64,000 nt of DNA, from positions 52,824,001 through 52,888,000 of the forward strand of contig NC_043007.1 in the NCBI RefSeq assembly GCF_006345805.1, written 5' to 3'. The notes beneath the pieces were generated by a model that made no database searches, was not told where the DNA came from, and was given only the letters and a program-made list of their open reading frames with translations. The position numbers and the translations under genes are program-made. Positions 24,901 through 36,945 of this stretch are shown in pieces; within the stretch, counting starts at the first letter, position 1, and each line of letters opens with the position of its first letter. Origin of the DNA: Octopus sinensis (Eukaryota).

Positions 24901-26190
24901 ACTCGATTGTGTACATGTCATATTGTATGGGCCCAAAGACTTGCCCTTTTTGTATGAGCTCCATGAGAGAGATTAACTTCAGATGGAAAACTCGGGCGTT
25001 GAGATTCCGGTTCGAAAGTGTTCCCAACAGTTATTAGTTGTAGTGGTAGAGTGTTTATGCCGAATATGTACGTATGCAAGTATATACATGTATGTATGCC
25101 TGTATATATGCACAAAATCCACTGAGAAGGCTTTTGTTGGTCTGAAGCTACAGCAGAAGACACATGCCAAGTCACCACACAGTGGGACTGAACCCAGGAC
25201 CATGTGTTTGGAACGTAGTTTGTTACCACACAACCACACCTGCCCCTATGTATGTGTGTGTGCGTATGTGTGTATATATATGTGTACATATTACATGTAC
25301 ATCTATATATAGACATCTACACATAAAATACAAAATACAAAGTTACATCTTGATATCGCTAGTGATAACAATACTCAAAATATATAACAGACTGGAATTG
25401 TAGGCCTGTCTCTTGCAATTTCGATCAACTGGATCTTGTCCTCCCTCTTGTATAGAAGTGTACGGCTGCAGCGAAATTCATTTTTGGACTTTCTTCTATC
25501 GAAGGCATTCTAACAAAAATGCTTCCATAAAGACGGTGAAAATATTGTCAATTTCCCCAAACAGGGACACAATTCAATTTTTAAACAATAACCAAAGCCC
25601 CTTCTTCGAAAGGGGGAGGGTTACGGTTTACAATTATTTAACAAATGCAACACAACAACGTTTCCCTGACGAGGAACCAACAAACGTGATTACAATAGTC
25701 AAACAGTAATAATAACAAACCTTTTTAATTTATCCCCATTTATGTGGCAATTTTATACGAATTGCTAATACACACACACATAATAAGGGTGAAAAATTGA
25801 ATATTAATTTGATTAATATGAATTGAAAACCAGTGGTGTTGCATATAAGATCATAGCGGATCTTCTAGCAAAATGGATGACCACTTGTTAATGGTTCATC
25901 CCTGTTATATAATACTTTCACTTTAATAGTTTCAGTATTAAAATGAAAGTGTCTGCATTACAAAAGAGAGATGTTTTTGTTTCACTTTTAACACGTAATA
26001 CTGAAATAGTGGAGAAGATATGATATTGCTGTGTGGTCGCCCGAGGGAAAAAGTTAAGACTTTTTTTGCCGATGACACTCCCCAGACCTTAAGTAAGGCA
26101 TGTGTAAAATTTGAATGAAATTGGTTGTGTAGTTCTGAAGTTTTAGAGAAACACACAGACAGACAGACACACATTCTCAGTTTTATATAT
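21967..26190 (-). mobile_element. Helitron with decayed Rep/PIF1-helicase gene
   Basis: Rep: YTIE.LKRSLPHAHILLWL (HUH), MVHGPC, KYVNKG. Helicase: FLDAPGGTGKTF, VWDECTM, GDFRQTLPV, CNGTRL, QFPL..FAMSINKSQGQT, HGQLYVGCSRV. 3' hairpin ccgggcaatgccggg plus CTAG at 21967-21970. Confidence 0.93.
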
Positions 26191-27139
26191 ATATATATAT
26201 ACACATATATACATACATATTTATGTGAGTATGTCTGCGTTTGTCCCCGCTGATAATGAATAATTTTAGATGCTAATGAATTCTTATACACTTAGATTAA
26301 GTTTCTGTCAAGTCGCAATGCCCATGATATATAAAACCTTATGTTTTTGTGTAACACTTACATAGGAAAAGGGAAGCAAGTTGACATTCTGCTTCTACCA
26401 GAAAAACGGCGAAAAGATAACATGAGCATAGTCTTCTGTGTTTGTTCAACTAATATTTTATACTTTTTCAAATTACTGAATGCCCTTAATGTAATTTGTG
26501 ATTTTTTCAATTTTAAAAATAGCTGTATAATATGAACATATCGATTTGATTCAGATATATATGTGACAGAAAATTTTGGTCATTGCTTCTCCAGCTAGAA
26601 AGATCACTGCACGCTCAATATATATATATATATATATATTGATAAAACGGTAAGATAACAAAAGAAAGAAAGAGACCTCAATATTATGTAAATAGAGGAA
26701 ATTTATCTATACAATATGTTACATTACTCGGTAGTCAAGATAAAACTCTGAGTTTCAGATGCCGAAGTGGAAATCCACAACACCATCTCTTCGGTTATCT
26801 GGCTATTTGAAAACGTTATGAAAAAATACCGTTAAAAATGAAGGGAAATTACTCTGTTATAACTCTGCTTTGCCTGCGTACTTATACATCGCTCGCATTT
26901 TTCGTCATAAAAATTATATAAAAATACATAAAAATATATAAAAATATATAAAATCTTCTTGGGACATAACACAGAAAGCATGTTCTATCCGTTTTCTTTA
27001 GGGGACCAAAAACGTAACAGAAATTTAGTCACATGTGGGCATGATCCGAAAAGCTCTGTCCTTGTATTTAGACATGTGGTAGGGTCTAAGCTGCTTTTCC
27101 AGATAAGCCATCTCTCCATGTCGCATAAACCGCACCTTC

Positions 27140-27694
27140 TTCAATAGACACAATTTAAAAATTAGTTTTAGTTCAACTACCAATTTTAAAAACATAATCA
27201 ATCATAACATACAAAAAACACAAGAAGAAAACAGCTGTTCATGCAGAAATAAAGAATTGTGCCCGCTAAATGGAGCTTGCATGTCCAAGACCATCATATA
27301 TGAAGCTACCGTAAACTCTATAACCACTAAAGACACCGTTTCGACGAAGAAATACGTGGGCCTGACAGAGGGTAATTTCAAGGCCAGGTTCAATAACCAC
27401 ACTTTGAGCTTTAGGCACTGGAACAAAAGAAAAGCGACACAATTATCCAATCATATTTGGTCTTTAAGAGATAAAGGTGTCGATTATAACATACAATGGA
27501 AGATTTTGGCCAGATGTAAGCCCTATACTAACGGCAGCGGAAGGTGCGGTTTATGCGACATGGAGAGATGGCTTATCTGGAAAAGCAGCTTAGACCCTAC
27601 CACATGTCTAAATACAAGGACAGAGCTTTTCGGATCATGCCCACATGTGACTAAATTTCTGTTACGTTTTTGGTCCCCTAAAGAAAACGGATAG
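27140..27694 (+). CDS. 5'-truncated but open Penelope GIY-YIG endonuclease frame (184 aa)
   Basis: FNRHNLKISFSSTTNFKNII...CSCRNKELCPLNGAC..IIYEATV..KYVGLTEGNFKARFNNH...CGLCDMER...CPH. The open frame starts exactly at the inversion junction; no ATG of its own, so expression is unsupported. Confidence 0.8.
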   Translation, partial: FNRHNLKISFSSTTNFKNIINHNIQKTQEENSCSCRNKELCPLNGACMSKTIIYEATVNSITTKDTVSTKKYVGLTEGNFKARFNNHTLSFRHWNKRKATQLSNHIWSLRDKGVDYNIQWKILARCKPYTNGSGRCGLCDMERWLIWKSSLDPTTCLNTRTELFGSCPHVTKFLLRFWSPKENG

Positions 27695-27878
27695 AACATG
27701 CTTTCTGTGTTATGTCCCAAGAAGATTTTATATATTTTTATATATTTTTATGTATTTTTATATAATTTTTATGACGAAAAATGCGAGCGATGTATAAGTA
27801 CGCAGGCAAAGCAGAGTTATAACAGAGTAATTTCCCTTCATTTTTAACGGTATTTTTTCATAACGTTTTCAAATAGCC

Positions 27879-27941
27879 AGATAACCGAAGAGATGGTGTT
27901 GTGGATTTCCACTTCGGCATCTGAAACTCAGAGTTTTATCT
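27879..27941 (+). ncRNA. Hammerhead-like fold, variant core CCGAAGA (mirror copy on the minus strand at 26738-26800)
   Basis: agataa CCGAAGA gatg[loop]catc t GAAA ctc a gag TT ttatct; stems I, II and III all pair. Deviations are U4C, an extra U before G12 and a GUU triplet. Confidence 0.55.
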
Positions 27942-27963
27942 TGACTACCGAGTAATGTAACAT

Positions 27964-28000
<37 letters not shown>

Positions 28001-28509
28001 TAGCATTAAAGACCCGTCGTTGCAGGGTCATAGTGCTAGTGCATGTATATATGTGTATATATATGTGTACATATTACATGTACATCTATATATATACATC
28101 TACACATAAAATGCAAAATACAAAGTTATATCTTGATATCGCTAGTGATAACAATACTCAAAATATATAACAGACTGGAATTGTTAGCTCTTATTTCTTT
28201 ATTCACCATACGGTTATACATATAAAGACAGAACATCACGAATGATTTTACGTGAATATGCGTTGGGGTCTATTAAAAATTTACAAATGATTATATAATT
28301 CGGATGATAGGACATTTTTTACACAAACAATTTCACAGATGGAGTGGGGCGGGCTTATGGACCCCACGAACCCCGCCACGACACTGACCTTAGGTTTTTT
28401 TTCCCGGCTTACCTCGCATTCATGAGGGTCCTTTTACTCACAACATTCTTCCATCTTTCATCGAACACTTTCTTACTCAGGCCCCTCCTCTCTAGTTCTA
28501 TTTGTCTTT

Positions 28510-31500
28510 TTAGGTGGAATTTAAATATTCCACCAGACCAGAACCAGAGATGAAGTTGCCTGCTATCACCCCTTTCATCCTCATCTTCCATACTGCCTGT
28601 TTCGCAATTGAAACCACAGAGAGAAAACAATTCTTACCTTCTTTCGTTAAGAAATCTGGTGGGTCAATTTTTACAATGGATTCAGTCGATAGCTGTACTC
28701 CTCCTCCACTTGACAACAGTTGTTCGGCAAAAACCCACATGTCTGCCACCTCCGAGCACTGCACGACCGCGTGCGAGACGGTTTCCCTGTCTCGCCCACA
28801 CCTCGGACAGGTCGGGCTGACTTGGCCACCATGCCTTGCGAGTTTATCCCGAACAGGTAAGGCTCCTCGGTAACACTGCCAAGCTAAAGACTTCTGAAAA
28901 TTATCCAGGGTCCTCGGCCCAAATGTACGTTGGAACAGACTGGCCAGCTGATTATCGTCGAAACCTAGGGTTTCCCCTAATGTATCATCGCAACCGGCCT
29001 CTACAAACCCTCTATAGAAAACAGCGGTAGAACCACTGCCGCGGGCATTGCCCGAGCGACGGAATAGTCGGAGTGCCTTGCGACACTCCGTATACCATGT
29101 ATCCAACTTCGATCTGCGATTATACCAGGCTTCCCGTCCACCAAAACTGGTGAAATTGGGAAACATCTGTTTCGCCAACGGAGACCACACCCGTTCACCA
29201 TCCAGATGGAGCCACAGATGCCTTAACCTCAGCGCATTTCTGCGCATCATTAGCCACGGCATCCCTAGTCCACCCTTTAACGGTTTTTGACAACAAACAG
29301 AGCGTTTCACAAGTGGTTTCGAGCTCTTCCACAAAAAGTGAAAGAGCTGTCTTTCCAACTAGGTCAACCACGAATCCAGGCAAGGCACGACGGTAAGGCG
29401 GTAGGTGATCACCGATGCGATGAACACATTGGCTACCTCCGCCCTACCTTTCAGGGATAACCACCGCCAAGACCAGGTCTTGGCTACTGCTGCCACCCTG
29501 CTCGATACCTCGCTCCAGTTCTTCTCTATTTGGAGGTCTGGTCCGAACCAAACCCCGAGCAACTTAATCGGACCCTCCGTCCAACGTCCCACGACGCTGT
29601 CTGAAGGCATCGACTTGCCTCTCCAGGTGCCGAGCTGCAAGCCGACTGACTTTTCGCGATTAACTTTTGCTCCTGTCACCGTCTCGTAAACCTCTATGGC
29701 CTTGCCTACTTTACGTAGGAGGTCCACTTCAGTCACGATGATAGTGATGTCATCCGCGTACGCCGAAACCGACATTTCACGACCTGGCTGCTCGGGATGC
29801 CACTCAGTTTTCGCAGCAGCGGCTCGAGAGCCACTACATACAAAAGCGGGGAGAGTGGGCATCCTTGACGAACCGAGCATTTGACTCTGAACGGCTTAGA
29901 AATAAAGCCGTTCACCCGAACTACCGAGTCGACGTTATCGTACATTTCGATGATCCACCTGAGGAAGCCAAGACCCAGGCCGAACTGAGCCAGAACAGAC
30001 ACCAGGTAATGATGGTCGACCCTATCGAAAGCTTTTGATTGGTCTAAATGGACCACTGCCCCTCCCTTGCCGGGATCGCTATTAATTCCCTCAATAGTGT
30101 ATCTAATTAGATGGAGATTATCCTGAATGGACCTGCCAGGTACGGCACACGTTTGTGCCTTCCCTATTAGTCCATCCACGACACGCGCCAATCTGTTTGA
30201 TAACACTTTGGCCAAAATCTTCAGCTCTGCGTTAAGCAGAGTGATGGGCCTAAAATTATCAATGACATCCCCCTTGTCCGAGTCCTTCCTGATTAGTGTC
30301 ACCACTCCCCGGCGCACAGATCTGGGAATAAACCCATTCTGCTGCCAGTTCGCGTAGACGTTCGCCAGTAAGTCCCCGAACAAGTCCGGCATACTTTTAT
30401 AAAGCTCGTAAGGTAGACCATCCAGTCCTGGCACCTTACCCGCGCCGCAGTCAGCCATGGCCTCTATTACTTCCCCAGGCGTGATCGGCTCCTCACTACA
30501 CTTCGCGTCCTGCTCCGAGAGGCGCGACAGCCCGTCGAGGAGGTCCGTTAGGCCCCTCCTCCTATCCGGTCTGCCGCTCCCCCCAAAGAGCTGGGCGAAG
30601 TGGTCCTGAAAAGCCTCACACACCTCCTCGGGCTCGTCTATCAACTTACTTTGTTGGTTCGTCAAAGATCGAATTGTGGCATCGTTGCCACGTTGGGCTT
30701 CCTCTAAGTCCTTAACTAGTGCTGATTCCCTTCTAGCCTCTCTAGCTACTAGATCTATACTATATCTAATGGACTCATATCTGATGGCTCGCTTGAGGGC
30801 ATACCACCATTTGTTGTTAATTATGGTTCCAGTCAAAGCCCTCTGAATCATTAACCTTATCCTGTTACTGTACTCCTTAATCGCCAAAAGGGACGTATTA
30901 AGTTTCCAGTAACCAGGACCTCTATTCGTCTTATCTATGTCTAGCCTACAGGTGACCATCTTGTGGTCACTGTAGCTGACCATGTGGAGCTGTGGACTCC
31001 TAGCTAGTTTCTTATCTACTTTTCTAATTAATATCCTGTCTATGTACGACTTGATAGATCCGTCGCTTTTTGACCATGTCCACAATGGAGCGTTCGGATG
31101 TTCCAGTCTATATGGATCTACCAGCTCGAAACGTCTTAGTAGATCCTGGAAGCAAGCATTTCCTTTCCTATCTGTTCGCGAGCCCTCACAGTCTACCCGC
31201 ACATCGTAGACTGTGTTGAAGTCTCCTAAAACAACTAAAGGATGCGATGTACTCAGAAACTTTCCAAGGTTCCGAAAATAATCACTTTGTTCCCCTTGAC
31301 TGTGGGGTGTGTAAACCGCAACCAGCCTGATTGTCTTACGACTACTGAACGTCAAATCAACGACGACCAGTCTACCTTCTGGATCTGAAAAAATCAACTT
31401 TTTCTCAGAAACCCGGTTCTTTTTACACAGGACCAACACCCCGCTTCCGCCGGACAGACGGCTCGGAGAGATAATTCTCTCGTAACCGTTGAACAGCGGG

Positions 31501-31649
31501 AGCGGATCTCTTGGCCCCTTTAACCAGGTTTCTGTGGCAACAACAACATCTAAATCCCGTGACCTGATGTCATTTAGGAGGCGCCCTTGCTTCCAGTTCG
31601 TCACCAGGCCACGCACATTTATGCACCCAACATGAATACGAGCCATCAC
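28510..31649 (-). pseudogene. Tx1 ORF2: APE endonuclease, RT and zinc finger, frameshifted
   Basis: INVRGL, ATET, LGDFN, YIDRIL, SDH, GYWKLN; FRPITLLNAELKILAKVL, DQSKAFDRVDH, RQGCPLSP, AYADD; CPRC..ETVSH..C across three frames. Confidence 0.92.
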
Positions 31650-31774
31650 CTACCTTTTAGTTGTTTTTTTTTTCGTTTGTCGTGGGGAGAAGTCCGCATT
31701 ATACAATGACTCGTGCAAGTCAAGACGCGGACCTCTAATGTCTTCTGGGTATTCCCCATGCACAATGTTGTAAT

Positions 31775-33320
31775 TTAATCTGTCGATTTTGTATACTTCC
31801 ACATTCTTGGGCAAGTTTGTATTTTTTCTGCTGTTGGGACTTCATTAATAAGTTTCACCAACCTATCGTTATCACTGTTTATTGAAATGTACACCATCTC
31901 TAATCCTTCCATTTTTTTCTTTGGGCTTTGTGGAGGTGATGGGGGGGACGGCGGGGAGTAGTTTGGGAGGGGAGGGAATTGTTCGACACTGGGAGGTGGG
32001 GGTGGGGGTGGTTGTTCGGGTTGGGTTGGGGGGGTCTTCTCTTTTTTTTCCTTTTGTGGGGAACCGTGGTTGGGTGGGGTGAATTTTCCCCCCTGTGTGT
32101 TATTTTTCTTTTTGCTTGTGCATGGGGTGGGTGGGTTCAAGTCTTCATTTTTTTCTTTTTGGTGTTTTTTTCTGCCTCACCAGTGTGAAGGCATTTTCTT
32201 CTTCTGTTGCTTTCTCTTCCACCGTCTCTTTTTTCCTCTTCTCCTCTGCTTCCGTCCTTTTTCTCTCTTCTTCTTTCTTGTGGGTGGGGCAGTCTATACG
32301 GATGTGGCCTTTCTCACCACATCCGTAGCATCGAGGCTTTCGCCCCTCCACCACCACCCGCAAATTTATTTCATCGCTGAAATTGATATTTTCTGCCACC
32401 TCCTCCAACGTCTCTGGGGCCGCCTGTACTGTCACTTGAAGAGATTGACCTCTCCAATTCTCCATCCTGACCTTTGTTATTGCTATCACACTTATTTTTT
32501 CTTCCAGCCCCATTAGTAAGGCTGGAAGCAACCACTCCGCCTCGATTTCTGGCGGTATGTCCTCGACCCTTATTTTGGCGGACCTCCCCAAATAGGAAGG
32601 CAAAAGAACAATGTCACTCGCCGTAATTGGGGTTATCGAGTGCTTTCTTGCCATTTGTTCGCTCTTGAAATATACCACTATTGTGGCGTACTTTTTGCCC
32701 CATGTCACACAGTCTATGTCTTGCCATATTGGTTGCAGACACTTCTCTGCTTGTTCCTTTGTTACTCTTTCGATTTTTTTCTCTTTTATTAAAAAGGATT
32801 TGTAACTCACAATCCTTCTCTGTGTTTCATTTTTAATTTCTTCTGGGAGGGTGGCTTTTATATTATTCCCCTCCCTTACAAACATAGTTTTGTATTTTTC
32901 ATATTCTATGTCCTCCATCTTTATCTCTTCCGTCCTCCGTCCAGCGGCGGCTGCGAAGTTGTATGTTTTAGCTTTCGAAGGCGAACCTTCAATAATTTTA
33001 GCTGCAGACACAGCTACACTTGAAGGCGTACCTTCGATAGCTTTAGCTGCGGACACAGCTACACTTGAAGGCGAACCTTCGATAACTTTAGCTGCAAACA
33101 CAGCTTCACTTGAAGGCGAACCTTCAATAATTTTAGCTGCAGACACAGCTACACTTGAAGGCGAACCTTCGATGACTTTAACTGCAGGCAAACCTGCTTC
33201 ACTTGAAGGCGAATCTTCGTCACTTGAAGCGGACAGTGTTTCCACATCAAACAACATTTTTTTTTTTGACTTCATGTCTTTTTTGTTCATTTTTTCCACA
33301 AATGTAGTGTTATATATCAT
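31775..33320 (-). pseudogene. Tx1 ORF1 (gag-like, CCHC zinc knuckle, Pro-rich tail)
   Basis: CYGCGEKGHIRIDC knuckle; 15-aa tandem repeats near the N-terminus; the leading poly-Met in the ORF track comes from the adjacent (CAT)n RTE tail. Confidence 0.85.
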
Positions 33321-34520
33321 CATCATCATCATCATCATTTAGCATCCGTTTTCCATGCTAGCATGGGTTGGACGGTTCAACTGGGGTCTGGGGAGCCCGA
33401 AGGCTGCACCAGGCCAGTCAGATCTGGCAGTGTTTCTACAGCTGGATGCCCTTCCTAACGCCAACCACTCCGAGAGTGTAGTGGGTGATTTTATGTGCCA
33501 CCGACACAGGTGCCAGACGAGGCTGGCGAACGGCCACGCTCGGATGGTGTTTTTTATGTGCCACCGACACAGGTGCCAGACGAGGCTGGCAGACGGCCAC
33601 GCTCGGATGGTGTTTTTATGTGCCACCGACACAGGTGCCAGATGAGGCTGGCAGGTGCCAGACGAGGCTGGCAGACGGCCACGCTCGGATGGTGTTTTTA
33701 TGTGCCACCGACACAGGTGCCAGATGAGGCTGGCGGACGGCCACGATCGGATGGTGTTTGTTACGTCCCCAAAGCACGGAGGCCAGTCTATGCGGTACTG
33801 GCTACGGCCACATTCGGATGATTTTCTTGTGTGCCACCGGCACTGGTACCACAAAGATACAAATTCCATTTATGTTCATCTATTTTGATTTGTTTTGATT
33901 TGATTTGATTTTCACTTGCCTCAACAGGTCTTCACAAGTGTCACAAGAAGGAAGGTATGCACAGGTGGACTGTCTACGTCGCCGGGTCTTCGGATGGTGT
34001 CTTTATGTGCCACCGACACAGGTGCCAGATGTGGCTGGCGAACGGCCACGATCGGATGGTTTTCTTGTGTGCCACCGGTACTGGAACCACAAAGATACAA
34101 ATTCCATTGATGTTCATCTATTTTGATTTGGTTTGATTTTCACTTGCCTCAACAGGTCTTCACAAGTGTCACGCGTGTCACACACTTGCCTCAACAGGTC
34201 TCCACAAGTGTCACACACTTGCCTCTGCCTCAACAGGTCTTCACAAAGTGTCACACACTTGCCTCTGCCTCAACAGGTCTTCACAAGTGTCATAAGAGGG
34301 AAGGTATGCACAGGTGGACTGACTACGTCGCCGGGTCTTTGGATGGTGTTTTTATGTGCCACCGACACAGGTGCCAGGTGAGGCTGGCGAACGGCCACGA
34401 TCAGATGGTGTTTGTTGTGCCCACAGCACGGAGGCCAGTCGATGCGGTACCAGCTACGGCCACTTCGGATGGTTTTCTTGTGTGCCACCGGTACTGGAAC
34501 CACAAAGATACAAATTCCAT

Positions 34521-34525
<5 letters not shown>
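33317..34525 (-). mobile_element. RTE 3' UTR fragment with expanded and triplicated repeats, inserted in the Tx1 5' region
   Basis: (CAT)n tail and ggatgcccttcctaacgccaaccac motif; about 59-bp units; cacaaagatacaaattccatt occurs at about 33850, 34088 and 34500. Confidence 0.85.
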
Positions 34526-34566
<41 letters not shown>

Positions 34567-35329
34567 GTTTTTGTATGCAACGTGTAGCAATTTTCCCCTC
34601 CGTAAGAAGGGGGAATAACAATATCTTTTGTTATTACACCAGACCTTCAAAAGTTCAAACAAAACAACAGTTTCTGTAACAAACACTAAACAGTTACTTA
34701 CAAATTACTGAAAAAAACCACGCTTCAAATACGGGAAAAAATCAGACATCAATTAAATTGAATTGTTAGCTCTTCTTTTTTCTCTACATTGTATACTTTA
34801 TAGATAATAGTCTTTTCTTTAATTTAATTTTTTATTATCCATCTGGACTATTCCATTTCTGCACGCAAATTTTATTTTTAATTTAATTCCCATTCATGTG
34901 AAACCACTTATTCAAGATCAAATCATTGATGCAATTTTATACCAATTGCTATTGTTACTTATATTATACATTAGTTTGATTTTAATTATTACTTACTACA
35001 TATAATTCAATTGTTATTATTATTTTTATTGTTAAAGTGAAAGCATCTGACATAAAATAGAGAAGTATTTTTGTTTCACTTTTAACACGTAATACTGAAA
35101 TAGTGGAGAAGATATGATATCGCTATTGGCTCGCTCTAGGCAAGAAGTTGAACATTTTTTTTTTGCCCATGAAACTACATGGACCCGAAGTAAGGCATGT
35201 GTAAAATTTGAATGAAATTGGTTGTGTAGTTCTCAAGTTTTAGGGAAACACACAGACAGACAAGACAGACACACACACATTCTCAGTTTTATATATATAA
35301 AGATATATATATATATATATATATATATA

Positions 35330-36935
35330 AGTTCAGCAAAAATTTAGATTCAAATGAATATGGTACTTAATTTAGATGCACCAGAATTCTGTATGGTGTT
35401 ATCCATATAAATCCGTAGGGTGATTATAATCAAAATAAGCAACAAGAATGACTCCGGTAATTTGGTACGATCATTTCGTACTACATCATTTTATTAAATG
35501 TTGTAAGTATTACAACAGTTTTAAAATGCTAAGCACTCATCAGCCAATTATAGAGGTTTTCCATTAATACAAAAATTTTCATATCAAGTGGCAATATTAT
35601 AGAGAAGGTAGATATATAGACAAAGATGTGGATTTAAATTTTAGGAACATTTGAGGTAGTGGAGCCTATCTGACTGACTAAGATTCAGTTGTTCCAGACT
35701 ACTGTAAGGTTCTGAGAGGGAAGAACAAATGAAAGGAGACAATAAAGATTTTCTATTTGTAGAAATGGGGTAAAGGGGATGTCAGAGCTCCATATAAAGG
35801 AATATATGTAGAAAACAGGATTGTCACAACTAAATGCCAGTCAATGTCAATGGTCACAATAACATTCACAGAGTATGCAGAGACCTTACAAACCCTATGC
35901 ACATCATCACAACAGTTGGTCTATAAGTTCCTAGTACTTTGACATGTTAGAATAAAGGAAAAAATATAAATCTAAAATTTATTCAATTTGGGGAAAAAGA
36001 CTATCACTTATTATGAGCAGGCATAGTACTTATTAACTGGGGGGGGGGGAAGCCTTATTAATCAAGTGAACATATTAGGGGTCAAAATATATACTAAGAA
36101 AGATGGAAGAGGAAAAATCAAAGTAGGAAGATATTCGTAGGTTTAGTAGAAGGTGATTTTATAATATGAAGAGAGGCAATTTAGAGGAGTAAATTATTCA
36201 GATTTCATGGAAAGTGAGTTGATATTAATGAATTAAAATATAGGATCTGTTGGAAATAAAATTTACTACCTGTGGATAAAGGTTAATTAGTTAGGTAAAA
36301 ATATCTTAGGTTAATTATATATTAAGAAATGGAAGTGAGATAATCAAGATGAACCAAATAGTTTCCCTAGGGACATAGGATTAATACCACTTAGTATTGG
36401 AGAACATTATAAAAAAGAAGAATTTAATTCTAAGTTTGCAATGAAGTTTTTTAATCATCTATGAGTGGTATATTCGTTCTTATTAGGTTAACCCTTTTGT
36501 AAAGATATCTTAGACTAATTATATATTAAGAAATGGAAGTGAGATAATCGAGGTGAACCGAATAGTTTCCTTAGGGACATAGGATTCATACTATTTGGGA
36601 TTCATACTATTTAGGATTCCAACTATTTAGATTCATACAGTTTAATTTTAGAAAACAGAAGAATTCAATTTTAAGTTTGCAGTGAAGTTTTTTTTTAGTC
36701 ATCTATGAATGTTAAATTGAAAGCCAGTATGGTATATTCGTTCTTATTTCGTTATAAAGAATTAAAATTTGAAAAATATAGGAATATTCAAAAAATTATT
36801 ATTGAAAGTATTTAAACGTTCGGGTTGTACGATGTATACAAGATGCTCCCAGCTCCAAGTGGTTATTCAACAGATTTGTATTACTCTGATGTTTCAAAAT
36901 TTCATAAATTTCCATAGAACAAAGTTGACAAAGTG
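35330..36935 (-). mobile_element. Penelope-like 3' fragment (EN C-terminus plus about 1.4-kb 3' region)
   Basis: 36770-36930 is homologous to the EN end at 19640-19800; the remainder is collinear with 14370-14612, 17216-17931 and 19355-19640; ends at (TA)n. Confidence 0.82.
35459..35549 (-). ncRNA. Type I hammerhead ribozyme candidate with canonical core
   Basis: Minus strand: aattgg CTGATGA gtgct[long insert]agtac GAAA tgatcg TA ccaaatt. G10.1-C11.1 present, near-palindromic stem III, GUA triplet, 4-bp stem I. Confidence 0.7.
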
Positions 36936-36945
36936 TATATATCTA

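Larger units (their letters stand above)
26640..27971 (+). mobile_element. Penelope-derived hairpin family B element: tail plus 432-bp inverted repeats around a GIY-YIG frame
   Basis: Arms 26708-27139 and 27540-27971 look identical by eye; flanked by (TA)n on both sides. Confidence 0.92.
28193..34759 (-). mobile_element. Apparently full-length L1/Tx1-clade LINE with 15-bp TSD
   Basis: GAATTGTTAGCTCTT at 28178-28192 and 34760-34774; ends gtgaataaagaaat; contains ORF1 and ORF2. Confidence 0.88.
28000..35303 (-). mobile_element. Non-autonomous Helitron (about 0.7 kb once the nested Tx1 is removed)
   Basis: 5' TCTTTATATATATAAAACTGAG at 35303; 3' hairpin gacccgtcgttgcagggtc (28011-28029) plus CTAG at 28000-28003. 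Joining the two ends into one element is inferred from the Tx1 TSD. Confidence 0.6.

Noticed and set aside
33339-34686. Repetitive ORFs such as MCHRHRCQTRL... and spacer-like periodicity resembling a CRISPR array
   Set aside because: These are contiguous tandem units of the RTE 3' UTR with no unique spacers, in eukaryotic context.
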